From Eukaryota sp. TZLM1-RC (taxonomy: Eukaryota > Protista > Metamonada: BaSk clade), in contig JAUPSS010000004.1 of the NCBI GenBank assembly GCA_040285825.1, positions 2,026,550 to 2,090,549 on the forward strand: DNA of 64,000 nucleotides, read 5' to 3'. The position numbers were made by a program, and so were the translations under genes. Below the pieces are notes generated by a model. The model ran no database searches. It was given only the letters and a program-made list of their open reading frames with translations, and was not told the DNA's origin. Positions 44,504 through 56,674 of the stretch are shown here, one piece after another; position 1 is the stretch's first letter, and each line of letters starts with the position of its first letter.

Positions 44504-47500
44504 CTATTCAGCTTGTTCTGAGAAGAAATAAGCTTGAATGTTGTGTGTCTTGAAATGTTCCAAGTTGGCCAAAGGATTGATTAGGGAATCTTTCCATGTT
44601 GTGTTTTCTGTGTGGAGATGTGTTGTAGTTGTAGGGGGTATGGTGTCAAAAGTGCGTAAATAGTGACGGGAACGTTTATTATATGATGAAGAGCCTTTGC
44701 CTCTGCCGCGAGTGCCTCTTCGACTACGGAAACCAGAACCTCTAAAATCTCTGCCTCGAACTTGCTGTTCTCTCCACTTTTTGCTTCTTTGGCAGTCCTC
44801 ACTAGGGCACCTTTCAGTCGGATGACCCATTTGTTTACAGAAATTACATTGGATTTTGGATTCGGACTGAGTGGAAGACGGTTGAGTAGAGCTTCCTTCT
44901 CGCTTTTGTTGTTTTGGGCGCCTTCCAGAGCTGGAATCTCTTGGTTTGGATATAGCAGGGGGAGAAGGTACCGTCTGTCTGCGACGGTTCTCAGTCTGAA
45001 ATGAGATTCTGTTCTGATACAAGAAGTCAACGTGATTAATCTGCTCCTTGAAAGATCTAGCGTTACAGAAGTTTTCGTATTCTATTTGGAGAACACTGAA
45101 AAATTCTCCTAGGGTGTGGCCATCTGAATAGTAATGGGAGGGATTGGACCAGATCCTGAGGAGTCTGTCCCTAATAATGGTGATACCGATGTTTTCGATG
45201 ATGTGAGAAGCAATTTTCCATTCGGGAAGTCGGTCGACGGGATTTCCATGGATGGTGATGTGTCTCATTTGTTGAGTCAGACCACGGACATCTTGGATAG
45301 CGGTGGAACGCGTTAAGACTCTGCCTATGTTAAGCATGAAGTCAATCCAACTGTTACCATAATCTCTCTCTGACCAGTCCATGTTTACAGCATGAAGTGC
45401 GTCCAGGGCTTGATCCAGTCTACTGAATTGGGTTCTCCTTAGGATCTGTTCCCAAATGTTGCGTTTGTCTCTGCTGGATGGGACCATAGCAGAGGAAATT
45501 GAAAGGCCAGTGCCTTGATACCTTAAAGCGTTGAGAGCTTCAGGTGTTACGCATTCAGCTAAGCCTCTGGGACTAATGCGCATGGCAGATCTGAAGAGAT
45601 CCCATTCATGAATTGGTTCGCTGTCGAACCGTTGATCAGATGCCAATTCTGCTGATCTGGCTAGTTCAAGTTCTTCGCGAAGCCTAGCAACTTCGCTGGC
45701 CAAAGCAACTTGGGCAGGATCCTCAATGTTACCTCGAGCCTCGTCTACAATTCTATCCGTGCGACTCCAGAGGATAAACTTGTTAACAAACTTAAGGAGT
45801 TTATCAACGTCTCTTAAATCAGTCGCGTCAAGAGTTGGACGTTTGGGGCGGTTCCTGCGTCTATTGTCCCCATCTCTTGATCCCACCATGGAAGATAGGA
45901 GAAGGTTAAAATCGTAAGTACCTGAGAAGGTGGAACGTGAAGAACTAACCGTAGAAAATGTTGGTTGAACCGTGGGTTGAGAACTTGTTGAACTAGTGGA
46001 AGGAGGTGTGGGTGGAACCACTGATTGTTCCATAGGCTGTGCAGGTGCTGGAGTGTGTTCCAACGGTGCTAACACAGTAGGAATGGAGTCAGAAGTTGGA
46101 AACTCATCGCTGACTTCCACTACAACATCCTCTTCAGTTTGTTCATAGAAGGATTATGTGAGGGATGAGTGGAGGGTTCTGTGGAAGTTTCCATAGTTTG
46201 TTCAACGGATGATGGAACTTCGTTTTGGTTAGGTTCAGGAGAAGGTTCTGTTTCTTCAATCTGGGCTGGAACCTGATATGAAGAGATCGCTGGTTGAACC
46301 AAGCGTGTCTTTTCGATACGACCTTCTACTATGACCCATTTCAACATTCTGGATTCTATGCATCCAGGGAAAACAGTGACGAGCTGGAGGACTCTTTGAC
46401 GATTACCAGATCTTCTGTGGTCGGGACCGCAGTATGATGCTATGTGACCTGGGCGTCTATCATACAGAAAGAGTCTTTCTCCGTATGTGGTTTCAGTGAA
46501 CCACCACCTTGTTCTATAATCTTCATCGATAAGGATATCTAGAGATTCATTATACCCAGGGCTGAATCTAGGGTAGGGGCAAAGGCTGTAGACGTTGATA
46601 AAGAGGTTGTCTTCGTCTCCAGCGAAGCGTTTGAATACTCCCTCTCGTGTAGTTCTCATGAACCTAACTCCGGGTCTAGGGTCGTGAGTGGGTTCAGGAT
46701 CATGTCTTGTGTTCTCTGGAGTAATTCTTTCATGGGAGAGATATGGACCAATCCTTGGAGTGATCCATAATCCTAAGTCATTTTCGACTCTAGGACCGAA
46801 GAAAGGAGGACGTCCATTGCTGATCTCCGTGGGAGGGATGGCTTCGGGGTCTTCTGGAATTACTTAAGAATCCCTATATCGGGCATAAGGATTGTGCTGA
46901 CGGGAAGCACCATGATGAACATTTGAGCTAGCATAGGAGCTAGTTTGAGTAGGGGTAAGTTGAGCAGGTGTAGAGAATGTTCCCCTAGCTTCAATCTCTC
47001 TATCCAGTCTTTTCTTGACTTCCCAGTTTCGTTCTTTATGGAAATAACGTTCTAAATATTGTTTAGAAACCTCACCAGTTTCTCTATCAATTTCGGGTAC
47101 AAGTGCCGTGGAAGGAACCTGAGGTTGAGCTACATGAGAGGGTTCATTGGGAGGTTCCTCATAATCAACCAGATCTGAGAATAATTGTTCACACCTTTTC
47201 CTTTGCTCTTCAGAAAGATGCGAAGGAAAGTTAGATGTGCTAGGAGTGGAATCTCTAGCCTGGGGAGGGGAAACAGTCAGATTGTTAACTCCACTTACTG
47301 TCGATGTAGTAAGAGAAAAGCCTGAAGTTGGGACAGCAAGATTTTGGATAGTTCTCCTAACAGTTGGAACTGGAGGGCGGAACTGTTGAGAGTGAGAGGG
47401 TGGAACCTCAGAATTGGTAGAGAGGGATGAAGATGGTACTTCAATGGCCTCTGTAGGGAAGGAAGAAGGTTGGTCTTCCAATCCTTTCTTTGTGGTGAGA

Positions 47501-47976
47501 TAAGGTTGAACAGTCTCTCTGCTCTGAGTAGAAGGTAAAGGTGGTATTTCAGAGCTTCTTTTAGGGAGGGGAGAAGGTGGGACTTCAGATACCCTGAGTG
47601 AAGAAGAAGAGGGAGGAGCTTCGGAATCCTCAGCATCTTCGTCGTCATAGGAGACCAACGAAGGGCTTCTTCCTTCCGAAGGAATGGAATCCTTAGGAGG
47701 GTTGTCTCCTTCCACAGAAACGGAATCCCGAGGAGGGGAGCTTCCTTCCATTGGAACGGAATCCTCTGGAAGGGAACTGTCTTCTTTTGGGGTAGAACCC
47801 TCAGGGAGAGTGTCTTCCGGAAGCGCAGAAGCTTCTACTAAAGAAGGGGGCACGGAAGCTGGGTCTGTGATTAGTGGTGAGGAAGAGGGACCAGTCTCTT
47901 CCTCGTGGATCCTACGTTGAGCTGGGGACGATCCAATACGTATTGATGGTCTTGGCTGTTGTGAGTTAGAATTCAT
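44504..47976 (-). pseudogene. Gypsy-2 gag/ORF1 (~1150 codons if repaired)
   Basis: 46864-47976 is in frame with 46120-46659 across one TAA, then a frameshift leads to 44504-46120 with CNFCKQMGHPTERC. Confidence 0.8.
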
Positions 47977-48094
47977 ACAGTAGAGATGTAATGAGATTTA
48001 TTGCGAAGAGGAATTGTATTCTCTCTTCTTAAACTAATAGGCGGAATACTAATAAACTATATAAATAAACTATAAATACTATTCAAGACTAACA
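47944..48094 (-). repeat. Gypsy-2 5' LTR
   Basis: Direct repeat of 41148-41298; contains the ORF1 ATG at 47976. Confidence 0.93.
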
Positions 48095-49649
48095 AATAAA
48101 CACATTTAAAATTTCTTCCGGTTTCTTCCTCAATGATAACTCATTGAAAGAAAATACAAAATGCGTTTTATAAAAAAAGCTGTAATGAACTTTAATACTT
48201 GACAAAAGAAACATAATTCGAATGGGACGAAATTGATTAATCCATGATTCCCCCAACAAAAATATGATCTATTTGTTTTCCAACTTAAGCTTATCTGATT
48301 GGATTAGACAACAATGATAATCTAATGGTGAATTGAATTCGAGATAATAACAAAGCGGTAACTCATTGAAACATTTAAACAATGAAAATGGGAAAGACCA
48401 ACTGCTGATGAAGACTGTTTATTTATAACTCTTAATTTCTTCTCTGTTACAAAAGGCAATTCCTCAATCAATCAAAGTCAGATAACCAATTTAGGTTTTG
48501 ATAAATGTAACCTGGTGATGAACAAAATAGTCTCAAATTTAATGAACACAGTCCAAAAATCTCTTTAAGCAATTGTCAGTTGATTATAAACGATATAACT
48601 GCATGAAGTGCATGGTGTTGTGTTTAAAAATGGATTTGGCACATTCAGTTAGATTTTACAGATTCAATTTATTATGGTGGCCTCATCAGCCACCCTGACT
48701 CCAATCCCCATCATAATCCCCTTGCCTTAGTTTTTGCTTTCTACTAGTCTAATCACCACTCTTTCTTATCTCATGCCACTGTGCTTTCAGCTATTGTCCA
48801 AAAAAACTGTTGTCCACTGAAATTGTTCAATAAAATGTACTGTGGTTTTCACTTTGGTTGCATTTTGGTGTATTTTTTTCACCAATCAGATCTTGCACCA
48901 ACGTCTGGTTTCTCCCTACGACATCTATGGGCCTTAGTATTCAAGTTTTACTTAATGGTGTAGACAGAAAACACAGAAAATTTTGAACACACAGATCAGC
49001 AGCTTCTCAGCATAATAACGTGCCAATAATGTTCAAATAAACAACAAAAAGCATCAACTATTTATTTACAAAATAACTTACCTTATTACAGATTGTCTAA
49101 ATGAACAGAGATATCTTCAACAGTATTGAAAAGGGCTTCCAGCTCTCGTTCGTTTAACTCAATGTTAACATTTTTTTCGAGATGTCACTAGAAAGCTTCA
49201 AAGCAAATAAAACGCTAGGGACAGAAGTGTTTTTGTTTGATGAATGACTAACAGTTTTGTTTAACTTCCAATCAGAGCTTTCAAGAAAAGTTTTCCTGGT
49301 ATTATTACCGGATGAGCGAGGAGCATGAGGTGTGTACATGGACTGTACTGGTTGAGGCGTCGGTGGTAGAGCAGCATAAGTTGCAGTTTGTGGAGGGCCA
49401 GTATTGGGGCATGAACTGAGGGAGTAATAGAATGAGGTTGAAAGGTTACAGGGGCTCCTAAAGCTCGAAAAAAGAAGGTAAGTGAGGAAAATAAGAACCT
49501 AGTTTATGAAGTGAGGGGAAAGTGTGGGAATAGTGAAAACCTTCTCAAAACCAAGTTGAGGGTTAAAAACCTCCCAGAACAGGCAACAAGAATTCGACAA
49601 TGAGGTGACAAGTGTAAAATTTGATAGATGAGCTCTTTATTCTCACTAC

Positions 49650-51478
49650 ATGTCAGACACTCAATCTGTGTCACGTGTATTCACTCGGTCTTGTGCACTT
49701 AACTCGCTGCTGACCCCTGCAGCGGTGCAACAATTTCGGACTGACCTCCCTTTGGTCACCGAGATTTGTCATAAAGCTTCTTTATTGCTTCAATCTTTTC
49801 GTCTGAATTTTTCGTTGGCATCTAGAGCTTTAGTGAAACAGGATGTATGGTATCTTTTTATGACCGTCATCACCACTGGTTCTTTTCCAACTCCATCCAA
49901 CTCTAAAGGCCAACGCCTATTACTCTATATCTTTTACAGTGGATTTCTTCCTGAATGCCCACAAGACAGATCTCTTGTTTCTTCATGCGAAAATTCTTTC
50001 GTGCCTTATAGAAATTCTTTCAATCTTTTTCTCAATGCTTGGCTGCTGTCTCAGAATTGTAATTTTACCATAGAAAAGGGCTTTCCCCTTACTCTGCTTG
50101 TCGGGCTCGTCAATTGGCGTCCAACGTGAAGACAATTTTACCTAAAATTTGTCAATCCTGGACAAAAAACTTTATTCGTGCTCATTGTTGAGCTCTAGAT
50201 AAAACAAATGTCTGTGCCAATAATATTCTCTCTCTTTTGCCAGATGAACCATTAGCCCAACCCGAGGAAGTAGTTGTTGATTCTTTTCTTGAACACTACA
50301 GCAATTTCAATCTGAATAATTCAAGAGAAAGATTCTTTTTATTAAAAGCATGTAAGTTTATCTTGAATCTCCTTTAAACATTTCCTACCACGGCTTCCCT
50401 ACTGTCTTCACATGATAAAATCACCTTTTCATCAAAGGAAATTGGTGAGCTTTTTCTCTTTAATCTAAAATTTCACAATTTTTACTCAGTTTCTTTTCTC
50501 ATATGCATTGCTGGAAGAAATTTAAAATAATACATTTAGATTCTCATAAAGGTTCTAAAATTCCAGAGGTTCCTTCACATGTTTTCCAATTTGTGAAAAA
50601 TTTCCACTTATTGAAGGATCATCTTCCAAAACAAAGTTTATCAAAAATACATGTCTGAAACGAATATTCAAACAATGTCCTTACGAAAAATTCAATATCA
50701 ACAGAAAAGTTTGAAAAATAGATTTAAAAATTTTTTATTGAAAGCTAATGGTAATGAACTGCTTTTGACCTTTGAAGGTTAAAAAAATGACTCAGAGAAC
50801 ACAGATGAGCTGGATGAACCACCGAAAAAGAAAAGAAGATCAAAAAGTGAAATAAAAAGTGACCCTAATGGCAACAAAACCAGAGAGACACATTTGAAGG
50901 GCACTAAAAAATGCCCCGTCGGAGACGTAGACATCCAGTTGAAATTTTACCTGAAAGGTCCCTTATTGGCGTTGATCTGGGCCAATCTAGATTATGTGGT
51001 TACTTGTTAAATGATTATCAGTGTGGACTTATCACTTGTCCAACTGGCAGGAGATACATGACAAAACCTTCACCCAGTAAACACTCTCCCAACCAATATT
51101 CCGTTCAAAATTTCAATTAATATTTGAACCATGGGAATTTGTTCAGGAGGAAACTGTATTTGGAATGTGATCGACAAAAATGGAAAATAACTAAATTTGA
51201 TAACCGCAGACGAAAAGAGAGATGGTTCAGAGAGAGTCTCGCTGTGTTATCAAAAGGACGTGAAGCACTTGTCAACCAGTGAATTTAATACAAGCAAACT
51301 GTCAAGTTGTTGCATGGCCGAGAATATTCAAGCAGGCTCATGGCACATGCGTATTTGTACTGAGTGTCAAATAGTATATGACAGAGATATTTCCGCTGCA
51401 AAAGATATTCAAATTAAGAAGAAAGCGGAATTGTGGCCGGAAAGATACATTTGCCCAGAAGCTCTGTTAAGGAGATGA
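49650..51478 (+). pseudogene. Fanzor1 family C, copy 2; frameshifts and a deletion before RuvC-II relative to copy 1
   Basis: LIGVDLGQS; SEFNTSKLSSCC; CTEC..YDRDISAAK. Confidence 0.85.
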
Positions 51479-51590
51479 ATAGGGAACCTGAGCATACAGA
51501 AACAAAAACTTTGGAAAAACTTTTATTTTTTTTTATTTTGTAGTTTTTTTTTGATTTTTTTGAAAAACTTTTGAGACTGATCTAAAATTA

Positions 51591-51788
51591 CCTTAGTAGC
51601 ATTTGGTAGATCCACTTAGATACATCAAGTCGCGAGGCTTTGTTCTGTGAAAGCAGTAGGTGTATTTAAGTGAGGTAGCCCATTGATGAAGATCATGATT
51701 GTCTTTGTCAAATGACACTACATGTCTCTTACAGCCTGTGAGTAGACATTGAGAAAGTTGAAAACAGGAGTGAATTTCACAGGGGAAT
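51591..51788 (+). ncRNA. Candidate omegaRNA, family C copy 2
   Basis: 14-bp stem 51613-26/51659-72 with 2 G-U pairs, enclosing AGTC-GCGA-GGCT and CTGT-GAAA-GCAG GNRA hairpins; TGTC/GACA; long hairpin 51722-51749; GTGA-ATT-TCAC. Confidence 0.7.
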
Positions 51789-51826
51789 ACTGACAATTCA
51801 CAGTTACATTTCCCAAAAATTCAGTC

Positions 51827-54800
51827 CGAAATGGCACTTTGGAAGTCCCAAGGAAACTCTTTTGCATCTGGCTTGATCAAGGACACGTCGAAGGCGTTCA
51901 ATGAATTCGTCAAAGGTTGAACCTATGATTATGATGTCATCTATATAAATGAAGACACCTCTCCAGAAAAGATGTCAGCCATGACGTTTTGAAAAACGGC
52001 TGGGACATTTTTGAGGCCAAAAGCTGTACGTTTGAACATGATGCTTTTGCCGGGAATGCTCAGGGCCGTTTTCTGCCAATCCTTTTCAGCAATTTTGAGT
52101 TGCCAAAAGGCTTTGGGGAGGTCAAGGGTGCCTATGTAGTTCGCTTAGGAGAGAATTACCAGCACATCGGAGATCCTTGGAAGGTTGGGCTCAACAGGAA
52201 TGGTGTTGGCGTTGACTCCGTCCTTGTCACTATAATCCCCAGTAAGGCGGGGTTTACGGTGATTTGGGTAGACCACTATACAGACAGGGGAGCTGAACTG
52301 ATGGTTCGATGGAACAGCGAATCCTGAGTCTACAAGTTCGTCGAAAATTTGGTTAGCGACCTCTAGCCTGGCTGGATTCAGGGTCCTGGGGGGTCTTCTA
52401 ACTCTGAAGTCTTCATTGTAGAAGTTGATTTCCATGGGAGGGCAAGCCATACCTTCAGCATGAGGCTCGAGGGTAAATACGTCTTCGAACTCTTTCAAAG
52501 TTTGAAGTAGGGACTTCCTGAAATGGTCGTTGTCGAGGTTGATGGTACAACCAGATGAGTTGAAATGTTCCAACCAACGTGTGGAAACGTTGACGACTTC
52601 TGAAGCTTGTGATATTCGATGATCGAATTCGGCTTCAGGTAATAGTAATGTGCGACAGGCGTCGTCCATTCTGATATAAATGCCCTTGTTGTTCATCAGC
52701 CCAAGGTGACTCAACAAGTCAGCACCAATGAGAATGGTCTCATGTCCAGGAACGATGCTGAACTTGTGTTTCACAGGTACAATCCAGGTAACACTACCTA
52801 GTCTAATGCTAAGGGTTCCAGAAGCAGTACCAAGGGACTGTGAGGTAGTTCCATCAGCAATCTTGTAGGATATGGTTTCGTTGGAACGTGCCATGTTACA
52901 ATTACTGATGACGTCTTCCGTGACTACTGAGCATGTTGCGCCAGAGTCGATTATGCCTTTAACTTCGACATTGTTGATCGAGAAGCTTAATTGTAGGCAG
53001 TTGGTTGTGGACTTTATGGATTGTACCATGAATATTGTATCAGAATCCTATTCAGCTTGTTCTGAGAAGAAATAAGCTTGAATGTTGTGTGTCTTGAAAT
53101 GTTCCAAGTTGGCCAAAGGATTGATTAGGGAATCTTTCCATGTTGTGTTTTCTGTGTGGAGATGTGTTGTAGTTGTAGGGGGTATGGTGTACAAAGTGCG
53201 TAAATAGTGACGGGAACGTTTATTATATGATGAAGAGCCTTTGCCTCTGCCGCGAGTGCCTCTTCGACTACGGAAACCAGAACCTCTAAAATCTCTGCCT
53301 CGAACTTGCTGTTCTCTCCACTTTTTGCTTCTTTGGCAGTCCTCACTAGGGCACCTTTCAGTCGGATGACCCATTTGTTTACAGAAATTACATTGGATTT
53401 TGGATTCGGACTGAGTGGAAGACGGTTGAGTAGAGCTTCCTTCTCGCTTTTGTTGTTTTGGGCGCCTTCCAGAGCTGGAATCTCTTGGTTTGGATATAGC
53501 AGGGGGAGAAGGTACCGTCTGTCTGCGACGGTTCTCAGTCTGAAATGAGATTCTGTTCTGATACAAGAAGTCAACGTGATTAATCTGCTCCTTGAAAGAT
53601 CTAGCGTTACAGAAGTTTTCGTATTCTATTTGGAGAACACTGAAAAATTCTCCTAGGGTGTGGCCATCTGAATAGTAATGGGAGGGATTGGACCAGATCC
53701 TGAGGAGTCTGTCCCTAATGATGGTGATACCGATGCTTTCGATGACGTGAGAAGCAATTTTCCATTCGGGAAGTCGGTCGACGGGATTTCCATGGATGGT
53801 GATGTGTCTCATTTGTTGAGTCAGACCACGGACATCTTGGATAGCGGTGGAACGCGTTAAGACTCTGCCTATGTTAAGCATGAAGTCAATCCACCTGTTA
53901 CCATAATCTCTCTCTGACCAGTCCATGTTTACAGCATGAAGTGCGTCCAGGGCTTGATCCAGTCTACTGAATTGGGTTCTCCTTAGGATCTGTTCCCAAA
54001 TGTTGCGTTTGTCTCTGCTGGATGGGACCATAGCAGAGGACATTGAAAGGCCAGTGCCTTGATACCTTAAAGCGTTGAGAGCTTCAGGTGTTACGCATTC
54101 AGCTAAGCCTCTGGGACTAATGCGCATGGCAGATCTGAAGAGATCCCATTCATGAATTGGTTCGCTGTCGAACCGTTGATCAGATGCCAATTCTGCTGAT
54201 CTGGCTAGTTCAAGTTCTTTGCGAAGCCTAGCAACTTCGCTGGCCAAAGCAACTTGGGCAGGATCCTCAATGTTACCTCAAGCCTCGTCTACAATTCTAT
54301 CCGTGCGACTCCAGAGGATAAACTTGTTAACAAACTTAAGGAGTTTATCAACGTCTCTTAAATCAGTCGCGTCAAGAGTTGGACGTTTGGGGCGGTTCCT
54401 GCGTCTATTGTCCCCATCTCTTGATCCCACCATGGAAGATAGGAGAAGGTTAAAATCGTAAGTACCTGAGAAGGTGGAACGTGAAGAACTAACCGTAGAA
54501 AATGTTGGTTGAACCGTGGGTTGAGAACTTGTTGAACTAGTGGAAGGAGGTGTGGGTGGAACCACTGATTGTTCCATAGGCTGTGCAGGTGCTGGAGTGT
54601 GTTCCAACGGTGCAAACACAGTAGGAATGGAGTCAGAAGTTGGAAACTCATCGCTGACTTCCACTACAACATCCTCTTCAGTTTGTTCATAGAAGGATTA
54701 TGTGAGGGTTGAGTGGAGGGTTCTGTGGAAGTTTCCATAGTTTGTTCAACGGATGATGGAACTTCGTTTTGGTTAGGTTCAGGAGAAGGTTCTGTTTCTT

Positions 54801-56674
54801 CAATCTGGGCTGGAACCTGATATGAAGAGATCGCTGGTTGAACCAAGCGTGTCTTTTCGATACGACCTTCTACTATGACCCATTTCAACATCCTGGATTC
54901 TATGCATCCAGGGAAAACAGTGACGAGCTGGAGGACTCTTTGACGATTACCAGATCTTCTGTGGTCGGGACCGCAGTATGATGCTATGTGACCTGGGCGT
55001 CTATCATACAGAAAGAGTCTTTCTCCGTATGTGGTTTCAGTGAACCACCACCTTGTTCTATAATCTTTATTGATAAGGATATCTAGAGATGCATTATACC
55101 CAGGGCTGAATCTAGGGTAGGGGCAAAGGCTGTAGACGTTGATAAAGAGGTTGTCTTCGTCTCCAGCGAAGCGTTTGAATACTCCCTCTCGTGTAGTTCT
55201 CATGAACCTAACTCCGGGTCTAGGGTCGTGAGTGGGTTCAGGATCATGTCTTGTGTTCTCTGGAGTAATTCTTTCATCAGAGAGATATGGACCAATCCTT
55301 GGAGTGATCCATAATCCTAAGTCATTTTCAACTCTAGGACCGAAGAAAGGAGGACGTCCATTGCTGATCTCCGTGGGAGGGATGGCTTCGGGGTCTTCTG
55401 GAATTACTTAAGAATCCCTATATCGGGCATAAGGATTGTGCTGACGGGAAGCACCATGATGAACACTTGAGCTAGCATAGGAGCTAGTTTGAGTAGGGGT
55501 AAGTTGAGCAGGTGTAGAGAATGTTCCCCTAGCTTCAATCTCTCTATCCAGTCTTTTCTTGACTTCCCAGTTTCGTTCTTTATGGAAATAACGTTCTAAA
55601 TATTGTTTAGAAACCTCACCAGTTTCTCTATCAATTTCGGGTACAAGCGCCGTGGAAGGAACCTGAGGTTGAGCTACATGAGAGGGTTCATTGGGAGGTT
55701 CCTCATAATCAACCAGATCTGAGAATAATTGTTCACACCTTTTCCTTTGCTCTTCAGAAAGATGCGAAGGAAAGTTAGATGTGCTAGGAGTGGAATCTCT
55801 AGCCTGGGGAGGGGAAACAGTCAGATTGTTAACTCTACTTACTGTCGATGTAGTAAGAGAAGAGCCTGAAGTTGGGACAGCAAGATTTTGGATAGTTCTC
55901 CTAACAGTTGGAACTGGAGGGAGGAACTGTTGAGAGTGAGAGGGTGGAACCTCAGATTTGGTAGAGAGGGATGAAGATGGTACTTCAATGGCCTCTGTAG
56001 GGGAGGAAGAAGGTTGGTCTTCCAATCCTTTCTTTGCGGTGAGATAAGGTTGAACAGTCTCTCTGCTCTGAGTAGAAGGTAAAGGTGGTATTTCACAGCT
56101 TCTTTTAGGCAGGGGAGAAGGTGGGACTTCAGATACCCTGAGTGAAGAAGAAGAGGGAGGAGCTTCGGAATCCTCAGCATCTTCGTCGTCATAGGAGACC
56201 AACGAAGGGCTTCTTCCTTCCGAAGGAATGGAATCCTTAGGAGGGTTGTCTCCTTCCACAGAAACAGAATCCCGAGGAGGGGAGCTTCCTTCTATTGGAA
56301 CGGAATCCCGAGGAGGGGAGCTTCCTTCCATTGGAACGGAATCCTCTGGAAGGGAACTGTCTTCTTTTGGGGTAGAACCCTCAGGGAGAGTGTCTTCCGG
56401 AAGCGCAGAAGCTTCTACTAAAGAAGGGGGCACGGAATCTGGGTCTGTGATTAGTGGTGAGGAAGAGGGACCAGTCTCTTCCTCGTGGATCCTACGTTGA
56501 GCTGGGGACGATCCAATACGTATTGATGGTCTTGGCTATTGTGAGTTAGAATTCATACAGTAGAGATGTAATGAGATTTATTGCGAAGAGGAATTGTATT
56601 CTCTCTTCTTAAACTAATAGGCGGAATACTATTAAACTATATAAATAAACTATAAATACTATTCAAGACTAACA
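51827..56674 (-). mobile_element. Duplicated, 3'-truncated Gypsy-2 (5' LTR 56524-56674, gag, PR, start of RT)
   Basis: Shares the inactivating stops and flank of 43282-48094; has an extra TGA at 54278 and an extra 36-bp gag repeat. Confidence 0.93.

Larger units (their letters stand above)
41148..48094 (-). mobile_element. Ty3/Gypsy LTR retrotransposon, family Gypsy-2 (decayed; integrase C-terminal region deleted)
   Basis: 151-bp LTRs at 41148-41298 and 47944-48094 (~5 mismatches); TSD AATA at 41144-47 and 48095-98; PPT at 41299-41316; gag CCHC, IDSGA, YIDDI, SDNG, GLVER. Confidence 0.96.
48681..51804 (+). mobile_element. Fanzor family C element, copy 2
   Basis: Homology to copy 1 starts at ~48681; COMMD fragment 49086-49339 (-), Fanzor 49650-51478 (+), structured RNA 51591-51788. 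Confidence 0.85.

Noticed and set aside
48571-48580. AATTGTCAGT, an inverted match to ACTGACAATT at 51789-51798 (possible TIR or guide target)
   Set aside because: Only 10 bp, not extendable, no counterpart in copy 1; compatible with chance
51585-51612. U1-like TTACCT and tRNA box A-like TAGCATTTGG at the start of the structured RNA
   Set aside because: No U1 loops or Sm site, no cloverleaf, no good box B
48095-51804. Fanzor as cargo of an LTR retrotransposon, since it lies between Gypsy-2 LTRs 47944 and 56524
   Set aside because: TSD AATA delimits Gypsy-2 at 41148-48094. The arrangement comes from the tandem duplication, and copy 1 is not associated with an LTR.
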